From Candidatus Micrarchaeota archaeon (GTDB taxonomy: Archaea; Micrarchaeota; Micrarchaeia; Micrarchaeales; CABMGC01): 34,473 bases of DNA. The DNA lies in NCBI GenBank assembly GCA_021801765.1, contig JAJYXO010000019.1, forward strand, positions 1 to 34,473, given 5' to 3'. Shown piece after piece: positions 1-8,249 of this stretch (the stretch's first letter is position 1; every line of letters begins with the position of its first letter). A program made the position numbers and the translations under genes. The notes beneath the pieces were generated by a model, which made no database searches, was not told the origin of the DNA, and was given only the letters and a program-made list of their open reading frames with translations.

Positions 1-1
1 T

Positions 2-103
2 ACTGGAGAGTTTGAAGGCCTGGGGAAGATATACAGGGGTATCAAGGATGATTTAAAGCAGGAGAAGACAAGTGCCCATAAAAGTAGGAAAAAGAAACGC
101 TGA
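2..103 (+). CDS. 3' end of an unidentified CDS truncated by the window edge
   Basis: Open frame TGEFEGLGKIYRGIKDDLKQEKTSAHKSRKKKR ending at TGA 101-103; purine-rich like the other + strand genes. Confidence 0.5.
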   Translation, partial: TGEFEGLGKIYRGIKDDLKQEKTSAHKSRKKKR

Positions 104-175
104 GGCAGGCCATATGACAAAAGTCTAATATGCATTCGTCAATAGTTTATTAAATCTTTAAGCAGAGGTAATAGC

Positions 176-886
176 ATGGAAGATGAATCTGATGACCTGA
201 GGAACAAGCTCAAGGAGAGGATAGCAGGAGAGATCACCCTGTCAGAGGCACCTGGAAGTTCTATGAAAAAATGGAGGGAGCTCTTTGGGGTATCTCAGGT
301 TGAGCTAGCCAGGAGCATAAAGGTTTCTACTTCTACAATAAGCGACTACGAGGGAAACAGGAGGGCAAGTCCTGGGGCTGGGATAATAAGGAGATTCATA
401 AATGCGCTCTTCACCATAGATGCACAGAAAGGCAACGAGGTGAGCAGGAATCTTGAGAAGTTCAATGCGGTGGAGAAATCGCCTTTTTATTCTATACACG
501 ATTTCTCCTCTCCGATAAGCGGTATAGATTTTTCGAGGCTTATAGACGCCAAGATAATAGCAAATCCGAATTACCTTGACAGTGTAAGGTTATTCGGATA
601 TACATTTCTGGACAGCCTTAGGGTGATACTTGAAATATCGCCAAACGAGTATCCGAAACTCTTTGGCACAACTAACGAACGTGCATTCATATTCAGCCAG
701 GTAAGCACAGGGAGATCTCCCATGGTAGTCGTAAGGGTAGCGCCAATAAAGCCGCGAGTTGTTGTGATACAGGATCTGGAGAGCGTGGACAAGCTTGCGA
801 TAAAGATATCTCAGATAGAGCACATACCTTTGTTGACGACTAAACTTACAACTGATGAAATCAGGGTTAGACTTGAAAAGGTGTGA
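176..886 (+). CDS. Archaeal XRE-type HTH transcriptional regulator (COG1709-like)
   Basis: IAGEITLS..PG.SMKKWRELFGVSQVELA...STISDYEGNRR.SPG HTH; C-terminal GTTNERAFIFSQVSTGRSPMVVVRV typical of this archaeal family; TTTATTAAA TATA-like element at about 146-154. Confidence 0.85.
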   Translation: MEDESDDLRNKLKERIAGEITLSEAPGSSMKKWRELFGVSQVELARSIKVSTSTISDYEGNRRASPGAGIIRRFINALFTIDAQKGNEVSRNLEKFNAVEKSPFYSIHDFSSPISGIDFSRLIDAKIIANPNYLDSVRLFGYTFLDSLRVILEISPNEYPKLFGTTNERAFIFSQVSTGRSPMVVVRVAPIKPRVVVIQDLESVDKLAIKISQIEHIPLLTTKLTTDEIRVRLEKV

Positions 887-954
887 TACCTTTCAGCAGT
901 TAAGCATGGAATTTCCTGCGCAGGTTGTTAAGGATATGTAATTAAGGTGCTGTG

Positions 955-1704
955 CTATATCCTATCGTACTCCTCTTTTTCAGCAAGAAGTAGTATGTTT
1001 ATTCCTTCTGGGGTTATTTCATATGGCACAGTGGAGAAGCTGTGGTTGGTGCCTCTCATCTTTATCACTTCGAGCGTAGGAGTCCTTAGAGATCCGCCCT
1101 GTCCCTCACCAGTATAAAGGATTACTATTCCATCGTATATGAAGAACTCTGGCTGGAAAAGCATGCGGCTCCTCTCAGGAGACTCTATCTCCATGGTTAG
1201 AATGGCAGTTGTATTCATGCGCCTGAGCACGGAGACAAGGCTCATGGAGATGTTTCTGTACTCAAACATATCCTTTATCAGCAGCTTTATTATAGATATG
1301 GAGTCTATGACCACCCTGTTTGCTCCGGTAGATTCTAGTATTGATTCTATTTCAGTTACAAGCCTGCCGAATGTATATGAAGATCCTTGCGCATCCTTTT
1401 GTATGAATCCCCTCGTTTCCTCAGATCCATGTATTATAAGCTTGTTGTCGTCTATCAGCTGTTTCAGATCTGGTAGGCTGGAGAATGCGGCAAGGGCATT
1501 GTCTATTATCATAGTGCGCTCTTCCTCTAAAGAGAAGAGTACACCGACATTTCCGTCCTTTGCATTCTTGTAGAGATACTCTATGCTCATCAGCGTCTTT
1601 CCTGTGCCTGGTCCTCCTGCGAGTACTATCTGGTTCTTTTCAGGAATGCCCCCGTAAAGCATCTTATCCAACCCGGCTATCCCGGTTTTTACGCGATCTC
1701 GCAT
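955..1704 (-). CDS. Single-domain KaiC-like/RAD55 RecA-superfamily ATPase
   Basis: TGIAGLDKMLYGGIP, Walker A GGPGTGKT, SLEE, Walker B VVIDS, DGIVIL, KMRGT finger motif; ATG at 1704 (TTG at 1707). Confidence 0.92.
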   Translation of the reverse strand: MRDRVKTGIAGLDKMLYGGIPEKNQIVLAGGPGTGKTLMSIEYLYKNAKDGNVGVLFSLEEERTMIIDNALAAFSSLPDLKQLIDDNKLIIHGSEETRGFIQKDAQGSSYTFGRLVTEIESILESTGANRVVIDSISIIKLLIKDMFEYRNISMSLVSVLRRMNTTAILTMEIESPERSRMLFQPEFFIYDGIVILYTGEGQGGSLRTPTLEVIKMRGTNHSFSTVPYEITPEGINILLLAEKEEYDRI

Positions 1705-1792
1705 CAAATCCCAATTCCATCAGAGGCAGTTTTAATTTAGATTCATGCCTTTTATACCTATCCTTTTAATGCCGGAATGAAGTTATATAAGG

Positions 1793-2506
1793 CTACCTGA
1801 ACACATTAAGGCCTTTTGAAGTTATCTCAAATGGCATGGATGAATTCCTGTGGTTAGACCTTCGCATCTTCACCACCGTAACTAGATACTGGAAGCTCCC
1901 TTCCATGTTGTATGTGCTTAGCTTTACTATTCCATCAAACATGAAGGTGCCGTAAAGTCCGTAGCCGCTATCTTTGTTATCTGATGATGTTTCTACAGTC
2001 ATTATTGTAGTTATGCCTAGGTTTCTGAAGTTGCTAACCATAGCATTTATCGCCCTTGTGAACGTCCTATCGTCTTCCTGCAGCGGCCTTAGAGGAGTAA
2101 GAGAGTCAACGACAAGGATCTGGGAGTTGTTTGCCTTTAGCATCCTGTTTATGCTTACTATGAATGCCTGCCAGTTCTCTTTTGATCTGAAAGCAGATGT
2201 GACTTCCTGCTCAGATACGTTTATCAGTTGCTTCTCTACTAGATCATCTATATCTGTAAAGAATGAGAATGCTTCCTTAACGTTTTCAAGCAGCTGGCGC
2301 CTGCCCTCCTCGAACGTTATGAAAGTGCTTGGAACGTTTACATTTGCATTCCTGTATAGCGTCTCGAATGACATAAGAGTCTTTCCTGTTCCTGCGTCCC
2401 CAGCTATGAGCATCTGGTTGCCCACAGGTATTCCACCGTAAAGCATATCATCAAGGCCGACTATACCTGTCGCAAGTTTTTTAATCCCATCTTCTTTTAC
2501 TGCCAT
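1793..2506 (-). CDS. Second single-domain KaiC-like/RAD55 ATPase (tandem paralog)
   Basis: TGIVGLDDMLYGGIP, Walker A GDAGTGKT, TFEE, Walker B LVVDS, DGIVKL, KMRRS. Confidence 0.92.
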   Translation of the reverse strand: MAVKEDGIKKLATGIVGLDDMLYGGIPVGNQMLIAGDAGTGKTLMSFETLYRNANVNVPSTFITFEEGRRQLLENVKEAFSFFTDIDDLVEKQLINVSEQEVTSAFRSKENWQAFIVSINRMLKANNSQILVVDSLTPLRPLQEDDRTFTRAINAMVSNFRNLGITTIMTVETSSDNKDSGYGLYGTFMFDGIVKLSTYNMEGSFQYLVTVVKMRRSNHRNSSMPFEITSKGLNVFR

Positions 2507-2584
2507 TGTAATCCATAAATTAGATGCAGGTTAATATTTTAAAGCTATCGCAAGTAAGAGTTGGTGCTTTAACATGTAGAAGTT

Positions 2585-3256
2585 TCAAGCAAGCTTGACT
2601 ACGTCCATACTATTGTATTCTAAAACTATAAAGCAACTCCCGCCGCGCGGGTTGCGCGATGCATGTTCGATGCCTTTTATATTGCCTTTTACTAGAAATA
2701 TGGGTGACGTTTCGAGCGCCACAATCTCTTCGTTATCTGAAGTGCCAATAAAAAGGGAGCTTAGATAATACTCTCTTGGGAACCATCTCCATCCGTCCAT
2801 ATATCCGCACTGTAGGGTCTCTTTTGCTCTCTTTAAGCCTAAGGACATTGAAATTTCTGAAAAGCTTTTACTGGTACCACCGTGGTAGTATATTTTGTCT
2901 ATTTGCCTGAAAGACAATGAGGTTGCCAGGGCCAAGGATGGCTTGTTGTTCTTGCGTATAAGCAATCGGATAACCTTGCTTCTAGATATCCCCATTGCTT
3001 TTAAGGTGAGTAGCCTGCCTATCCCTCTCCTCCTATGACTTATATGAACGCGCAGACCTTCGAGCCAGGCAAAATCCTTGAAAACCCTGACATGTATTAT
3101 TCCTACTATCCTGCCATCTATTACAGCTTTTAGGAAAACGCCGCTTTCCATCCATTCATCGAATATATCCTTAATATAATCTGCATGCCCTGAGGCAGTC
3201 TCTGCCATGCTGACTACCTCAACCTTGTCACTTTTCAACATTCTTAAGATTTCCAT
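2585..3256 (-). CDS. GNAT family N-acetyltransferase
   Basis: AWLEGLRVHISHRRRGIGRLL acetyl-CoA-binding motif A and NKPSLALATSLSF motif B; start uncertain (3256 or 3286). Confidence 0.8.
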   Translation of the reverse strand: MEILRMLKSDKVEVVSMAETASGHADYIKDIFDEWMESGVFLKAVIDGRIVGIIHVRVFKDFAWLEGLRVHISHRRRGIGRLLTLKAMGISRSKVIRLLIRKNNKPSLALATSLSFRQIDKIYYHGGTSKSFSEISMSLGLKRAKETLQCGYMDGWRWFPREYYLSSLFIGTSDNEEIVALETSPIFLVKGNIKGIEHASRNPRGGSCFIVLEYNSMDVVKLA

Positions 3257-3353
3257 AATATTCGCAACCTGGCATTTATTTTGCATATCGGTAAATTTTG
3301 TAAAATATATTTGGATTTGGCTCTTGTTGTATTTTAGCGAAATCGCAATAGGA

Positions 3354-4274
3354 TCAAACGAATTGTGCTATTGCATATCCTGCCAATGATTCATCGTAGG
3401 GTATCCCAATTATCTCAAGCAGCTTGGTTATAATTTGGATGGTCGGCTCCTTTCCCAATGACTTTATGTATGCTATAGGAGGCACATATGAAAGCGCAGT
3501 GTTGCCGTAGTTGAAGGATTTTATGTATGAGAGCATCTCATCATTTCTGGCTATGCCTATTGAGCTTACAAGATTTGCTATGCCTGCAAGAAAACTTTCC
3601 TCGCCTTCGATGTTTATGTCCCTTCCTGCATATACTAGCGTACCTACAGCTGCAAGATAAGGTATGAATCCTTTGTTTATGTAGTTATTTATATCGCCTT
3701 TCTCGAATGTCCTGTTCAGCTCCATCAGCATGAACTTTGCCATCATGTCTGATGCGGGCTTTAGGGATGCGTCGAGATCCTGCTGCATCGCACTAACCTT
3801 TGTTCCATTTGTGAGCTCCGCGTCAAGCGCCATGACCCCACGCGCTATATGTTCATCAGGTTCCACGCCTATTGCCTTTACCGCCTTCATTAAATTTTCC
3901 AAGCTGTCGCTCTTCCTAGACACGCGCAGGAAGTATAGCGCGGGGGCATAAACCACGCTTGCTTTGAATTTCAGTGATGATGCGAAGGAGAGCATGCGAT
4001 GATCAGGAGTGATGCCTGCCTCGTGCAGTATGTTTGCAAGTTTTCCTTCTTCAGGCTCCTTGCCCTCGAATGCCAGCATCACCGCAGCGCCTATGTAGGG
4101 CGACATCTCTTTCTGCAGTCTTCTGCCCTCTATCTTTATCGCGAAGCGCATAAGTAGGCTTTCTTTTCTCGTCTCCTCGTCTATGGTCTTGCCGATTATT
4201 CTGACCATCAGCCTTGCAATGTTGACTATAACTTCAGATATCTCATTCTTCCAATCAGTATTAATTTCCTGCAT
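3354..4274 (-). CDS. Hypothetical protein with 4 ribosomal P1/L12 N-terminal-domain-like repeats (2 units)
   Basis: Repeats PYIGAAVMLAFEGKEPEEGKLANILHEAGITPD, VYAPALYFLRVSRKSDSLENLMKAVKAIGVEPD, PYLAAVGTLVYAGRDIN, SYVPPIAYIKSLGKEPTIQIITKLLEIIGIPYD; paralogous to the 3 neighbours; overlaps the upstream gene by 14 bp. Confidence 0.7.
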   Translation of the reverse strand: MQEINTDWKNEISEVIVNIARLMVRIIGKTIDEETRKESLLMRFAIKIEGRRLQKEMSPYIGAAVMLAFEGKEPEEGKLANILHEAGITPDHRMLSFASSLKFKASVVYAPALYFLRVSRKSDSLENLMKAVKAIGVEPDEHIARGVMALDAELTNGTKVSAMQQDLDASLKPASDMMAKFMLMELNRTFEKGDINNYINKGFIPYLAAVGTLVYAGRDINIEGEESFLAGIANLVSSIGIARNDEMLSYIKSFNYGNTALSYVPPIAYIKSLGKEPTIQIITKLLEIIGIPYDESLAGYAIAQFV

Positions 4275-5235
4275 TGCTTACACCTATTCCAGTAAACGTG
4301 AGCACATAGCCAATCATCGCAATGTCAGGATATATACCCATCGCATGGACTACCTTGGTGATATTCTCCACAGTTGGTTTTTTGCCCACTGAGCCTATAA
4401 AATATGCCGCGCTAACGTAGATAGCCGGGGCAGTGCCGTAGTTAAGTGTTAGCACGAAGTCGACGACTTCTTTGTCTGGAGTTACGCCTATGGACTTCAC
4501 CATTTCAAGCATGCCATTTACATTGAGTGTTCCGTCATTTTTAATGTCCTTGCCTATGAAGGCAAGCGCACCTACAGCTGCAAGATAGTAAAGAAATCCT
4601 TTCCGCATATAAATCATCACGTTACTTACCTCGAAAGTTCTGTGGAGCTCTGCTATCAGCAGCCTACCTGTCGCTGCGGCAGAGTCAATCATCCCTTTGT
4701 TGAGTTGCTCGTAAATGGATTTGTTTACTTTTGGCTCAATTTTTCCGGATTCGAGGTCGATTGTATGCCTTGCGATGGATTCATCAGGCTCTGCGCCCAT
4801 GGCTTTTACCACTTTCAGAATGTTATCTATAGTAACTTCTTTATCGCAGACGCGGAGATAGTAAAGCGCAGGCGAGTATGCTATGGTGGATTTGAATTTC
4901 AGTGAGTCCACCATCTTAAGCATGTTCTCGCTTGGGTTTATACCTAAGGATTCAAGCACACGCGTCACTGTTTTGCGGTTCACTTCTATGCCATTTAGAG
5001 CGAGCATTATTGAGCATGATATATAGGGCAATGCAGCGTGCTGCACCATGTTTCCGAAGATGCGTATGACTACCTTCTCGAGTACATTGGCGTTTTCCAT
5101 TACTCTACTTATGTCTTCACTTATAAGCTTGGCCATCAAGGTGGCTACTTTAGTTATTGCCACTGTGAATTTTGCAATCTCCTCGTCGGGGCTTTCTGGC
5201 TCCCTTGCTGCTGCGTTTGCTTCATCTGCACCCAT
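4261..5235 (-). CDS. Hypothetical protein with 4 P1/L12 N-terminal-domain-like repeats (2 units)
   Basis: PYISCSIMLALNGIEVNRKTVTRVLESLGINPS, AYSPALYYLRVCDKEVTIDNILKVVKAMGAEPD, YYLAAVGALAFIGKDIK, IYVSAAYFIGSVGKKPTVENITKVVHAMGIYPD. Confidence 0.72.
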   Translation of the reverse strand: MGADEANAAAREPESPDEEIAKFTVAITKVATLMAKLISEDISRVMENANVLEKVVIRIFGNMVQHAALPYISCSIMLALNGIEVNRKTVTRVLESLGINPSENMLKMVDSLKFKSTIAYSPALYYLRVCDKEVTIDNILKVVKAMGAEPDESIARHTIDLESGKIEPKVNKSIYEQLNKGMIDSAAATGRLLIAELHRTFEVSNVMIYMRKGFLYYLAAVGALAFIGKDIKNDGTLNVNGMLEMVKSIGVTPDKEVVDFVLTLNYGTAPAIYVSAAYFIGSVGKKPTVENITKVVHAMGIYPDIAMIGYVLTFTGIGVSNAGN

Positions 5236-5237
5236 TG

Positions 5238-6164
5238 CTATACCCCATATTCGGAAAGTATAAAGTCTATAAGAGAGTCATCAGGTTCCATGCCCATGGC
5301 GCGCGCTACAGAGGACATACTGGCCGCGCTTATGGGCCTTCCGGAAGATTTTATGAAGTATAATATAGTTACATATGAGATGTCGAGATTGCCATAGTTT
5401 AGCGTTGCGATGTAATCCTGCATTGCCTGGTCTGCAGGCAGGCCTAGGGCGCTTATAACCCTGCCTACGCTTTCCTCGTTAATCTGCTTCCCCTTGCCAA
5501 GGAAGAACATCACTCCTGAAGCCACTATGTATGGAAGGAAACCAGCTTTTATCTTTTCTTCTATGTCTGCTGCCTCTGATGTCCTATCAAGTTCCATTAT
5601 AAGCATCTTAGATATCATGGCAGCTGCAGAAGAAGCCATCTCTTTTATTTCTGGAGGCAACGCGCCGCTCCCATTTGATGAGTTATGGTAATAATCCAAT
5701 GCAGCTAAAGCAGAAGCAGTATCTGGTGTTATGCCCATAGATTCCAGGATTTTATCCAGCCTTTCGGCGGTAGGCTCTACTTTGGATATTAGCGAGAGAT
5801 ATATAGTAGGTATGTATGCTATTTCATTTCCTATGCTCACAGATCCTACTATATCCATCAACCTCTGGTCAGGCTTTATGTTCACTGCACCAAGCATCCG
5901 AGATATGACACCTGTGTCTGGCTTCATGCCCAAAAAGGCAAGGGAGGTTACTCCTGCCACATAAGGCGTAAGCTCTGCGACAACGTTGCCTTTAGAAGCT
6001 GCAAGGCTAATTTTGTATACGAATCCCTTGGAATCTATGGCTTTCTTTACCGAGAGTGCTATAATACCTATGGAGAGGTTCATAACTTCTGAGATCAGAC
6101 TTAGCAGAGTTTCCTTCCAGTTTTTTGTATGATCGAAGTCCATGCAATCCGCTAAAATAGTCAT
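5238..6164 (-). CDS. Hypothetical protein with 4 P1/L12 N-terminal-domain-like repeats (2 units)
   Basis: PYVAGVTSLAFLGMKPD, AYIPTIYLSLISKVEPTAERLDKILESMGITPD, PYIVASGVMFFLGKGKQINEESVGRVISALGLPAD, SYVTILYFIKSSGRPISAASMSSVARAMGMEPD; start 6164 (ATGA overlap) or 6143. Confidence 0.7.
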   Translation of the reverse strand: MTILADCMDFDHTKNWKETLLSLISEVMNLSIGIIALSVKKAIDSKGFVYKISLAASKGNVVAELTPYVAGVTSLAFLGMKPDTGVISRMLGAVNIKPDQRLMDIVGSVSIGNEIAYIPTIYLSLISKVEPTAERLDKILESMGITPDTASALAALDYYHNSSNGSGALPPEIKEMASSAAAMISKMLIMELDRTSEAADIEEKIKAGFLPYIVASGVMFFLGKGKQINEESVGRVISALGLPADQAMQDYIATLNYGNLDISYVTILYFIKSSGRPISAASMSSVARAMGMEPDDSLIDFILSEYGV

Positions 6165-6640
6165 AATGTTGCATTCTTATACAACCTGTACAGAGTTATT
6201 GCATAGCCTGCCAACGTTGCATCAGGGTGCACGTCAAGGGCCCTCACCACCTCTATAAGCGATTCTACAGTTGGTTCCCTGCCATTTACCACTATAAGGT
6301 AGAGTGCGGATGCATATACAAGGCTGTTTTTAATGTGAAGGCTGGCCAGGTTTGAAAGTATCATGTTGTCAGGTATTGCGCCTGTTGCCTCTACCAGCCT
6401 GCTTACGCTCTCCATGTCAACATCTCTTCCGGAGAAATCCAACACGTTTATAGCAGCAATATATGGCACTATTGTACGTGTTTCGTAATTTTTAATTCTT
6501 TCATCTGCAAATATCCTGGATGTCTCTCTTAAGGCTATTTTCTCAATGAGCACCACGAGTGCTTTTATGACATCCTCAAGGATTTTCTGCGCAGCTGGCG
6601 CCTGTGCCGATGTCTGCGAAGCTGCATCCCCTTCTGACAT
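6161..6640 (-). CDS. Hypothetical protein with 2 P1/L12 N-terminal-domain-like repeats (1 unit); first gene of the operon
   Basis: PYIAAINVLDFSGRDVDMESVSRLVEATGAIPD and VYASALYLIVVNGREPTVESLIEVVRALDVHPD; ATG 6640 preferred over 6700 because a TTTTTATT TATA-like element lies at 6678-6671. Confidence 0.7.
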   Translation of the reverse strand: MSEGDAASQTSAQAPAAQKILEDVIKALVVLIEKIALRETSRIFADERIKNYETRTIVPYIAAINVLDFSGRDVDMESVSRLVEATGAIPDNMILSNLASLHIKNSLVYASALYLIVVNGREPTVESLIEVVRALDVHPDATLAGYAITLYRLYKNATL

Positions 6641-6762
6641 TAAACCCGAATAAGATATGCATGGCTCATCAATAAAAACCTTCCCGGATGTGTTATGCAT
6701 AGCGCTGAATGCCTTTTGGGAATAATTAATAATCTTTTCCGCTATCTATATCTGTTGGTTCC

Positions 6763-7278
6763 ATGGATACAGGGAAGGATGCGCCTAAGGTAGTTAATGC
6801 GATAATAGAGATATCTAAAGGAGGAGGCGTGAAATATGAGTATGATAAGAAGGAGGGTATGATAAAGGTTGACAGGATACTGCATACATCAATGGTATAC
6901 CCATTTAACTATGGTTTCGTGCCAGGCACGCTGAGTGAGGACGGAGACCCCATAGATATAATGGTAATAAGCTCTGCCTCTTTTGTTCCTGGATCATTCC
7001 TGCAGGCAAGACCAATAGGAGTTTTGCTAATGAAGGACGAGGAAGGAGTGGATACGAAAGTTATGGCAGTGCCAATGCCGAAGGTAGACCCTGACTTCAA
7101 GGAAGTGTCGGATATCAAGGACTTGAATGGCCACACTAAGAGCATGATAGCACACTTCTTCTCATACTACAAGAGCATAGAACCAGGTAAATGGGCAGAG
7201 GTTGGAGGATGGGAAGGGAGCCAGAAAGCCCATGAGTACATAACAACTGCAGTAGAAAAGGCGAATGGCCAGAAGTAA
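6763..7278 (+). CDS. ppa: Family I inorganic pyrophosphatase
   Basis: IEI..G..KYEYDK, YPFNYGFVPGTLSEDGDPID, DEEGVDTKV, HFFSYYKSIEPGKW. Confidence 0.97.
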   Translation: MDTGKDAPKVVNAIIEISKGGGVKYEYDKKEGMIKVDRILHTSMVYPFNYGFVPGTLSEDGDPIDIMVISSASFVPGSFLQARPIGVLLMKDEEGVDTKVMAVPMPKVDPDFKEVSDIKDLNGHTKSMIAHFFSYYKSIEPGKWAEVGGWEGSQKAHEYITTAVEKANGQK

Positions 7279-7280
7279 CA

Positions 7281-8213
7281 TTACTGCGGATTATAACTGC
7301 CTATCCAACTGTTTGTGTAGTTTACATTGATTGCAGCTCCGTTGTTCCCATTCCCAGAGTAGTCGTTTGCATTTCCGTTCAGCGGCCACCATCCGACAAG
7401 GTTCTGCAGATCGATTGGCGTTCCTCCTATTCCTTCCAAGTAAAGCGCGTTTATTGAGGCGCTATCTAGCGTCGTGTTATATAATTGCACATTTGCTATC
7501 ACTCCGTTGAAGGAGGCATCGCCATTGCCGAACATGCCGCCAATATCGTATCCCCGTTGCTGCTGTAAGCTAAGTCCTGCAGGTAAAGAACTGGGCGTAG
7601 CATATGCTTTGCCATTATAGAATTCATATATTGCGCTGCTTCCAGTGCCGGCATCGTACTCTCCAACTACCATCATCCACATATTTGTAGTTGGAGGATT
7701 TGTACCTATGACCAATGAATTCACATATAGGTTTAGGCGAGTTCCTGTTGAACCCACTACAAGCCCAAACCCAGATGTATAGTCACAGCAGTATTCTCCG
7801 CCATCGTCTATTATTCCTCCGTTTTGCTGGAAGCTTATTTCGCGTATCCATGCTAAAGCGGTAAATTTGCCTGCAGGGGATATGTCATCTGATGCAGAAT
7901 GCGGCACCAATATGTAACTATTCTGGCCATTGAAAAGTGCAACGTATTCAGGTATCTCCCAGTTGCAGACTCCAAGAAGGTTTATGTCATATGAGGTTCC
8001 GGCGCCGTTTGGCCTGAAGACCTGGCAGCTTCCTGGGTTTGCCTTAGGAGCAAAGTAGAGAGGATTGAAGACTCCGAGGTAGGCAAGTGCGCCGAGGACC
8101 ACAGCTACAATCAGTATCGACCAACCGTAGGTCATCAGGTACTCCATTGCAGATTGAGATTTGGCTTTGGGATCACGAATGCAGCTGCAACGCAGCCTAT
8201 GCAATGCTTTCAT
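7281..8213 (-). CDS. Class III signal-peptide (pilin-like) protein with one LamG/pentraxin-like domain
   Basis: KAKS/QSAMEYLMTYGWSILIVAVVLGAL N-terminus; FNGVIANVQLYNTTL...LYLEGIGGTP..LVGWWPLNGNANDYSGNGNNG. Confidence 0.82.
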   Translation of the reverse strand: MKALHRLRCSCIRDPKAKSQSAMEYLMTYGWSILIVAVVLGALAYLGVFNPLYFAPKANPGSCQVFRPNGAGTSYDINLLGVCNWEIPEYVALFNGQNSYILVPHSASDDISPAGKFTALAWIREISFQQNGGIIDDGGEYCCDYTSGFGLVVGSTGTRLNLYVNSLVIGTNPPTTNMWMMVVGEYDAGTGSSAIYEFYNGKAYATPSSLPAGLSLQQQRGYDIGGMFGNGDASFNGVIANVQLYNTTLDSASINALYLEGIGGTPIDLQNLVGWWPLNGNANDYSGNGNNGAAINVNYTNSWIGSYNPQ

Positions 8214-8249
8214 TAAAATAAGATGCCAAGCGATGTTTATTAATGTTTA

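Noticed and set aside
955..2506. Circadian clock kaiC or RadA/RadB recombinase
   Set aside because: Single-domain, no Ser-Thr phosphosite doublet, no kaiB, and no RadA N-terminal domain or RadB-specific motif
3354..6640. Calling the four genes true rpl12/aP1, or membrane proteins
   Set aside because: Too long, repeated, lacking the acidic C-terminal tail and rpl10 context; hydrophobic runs are short amphipathic helices rather than clear TM segments
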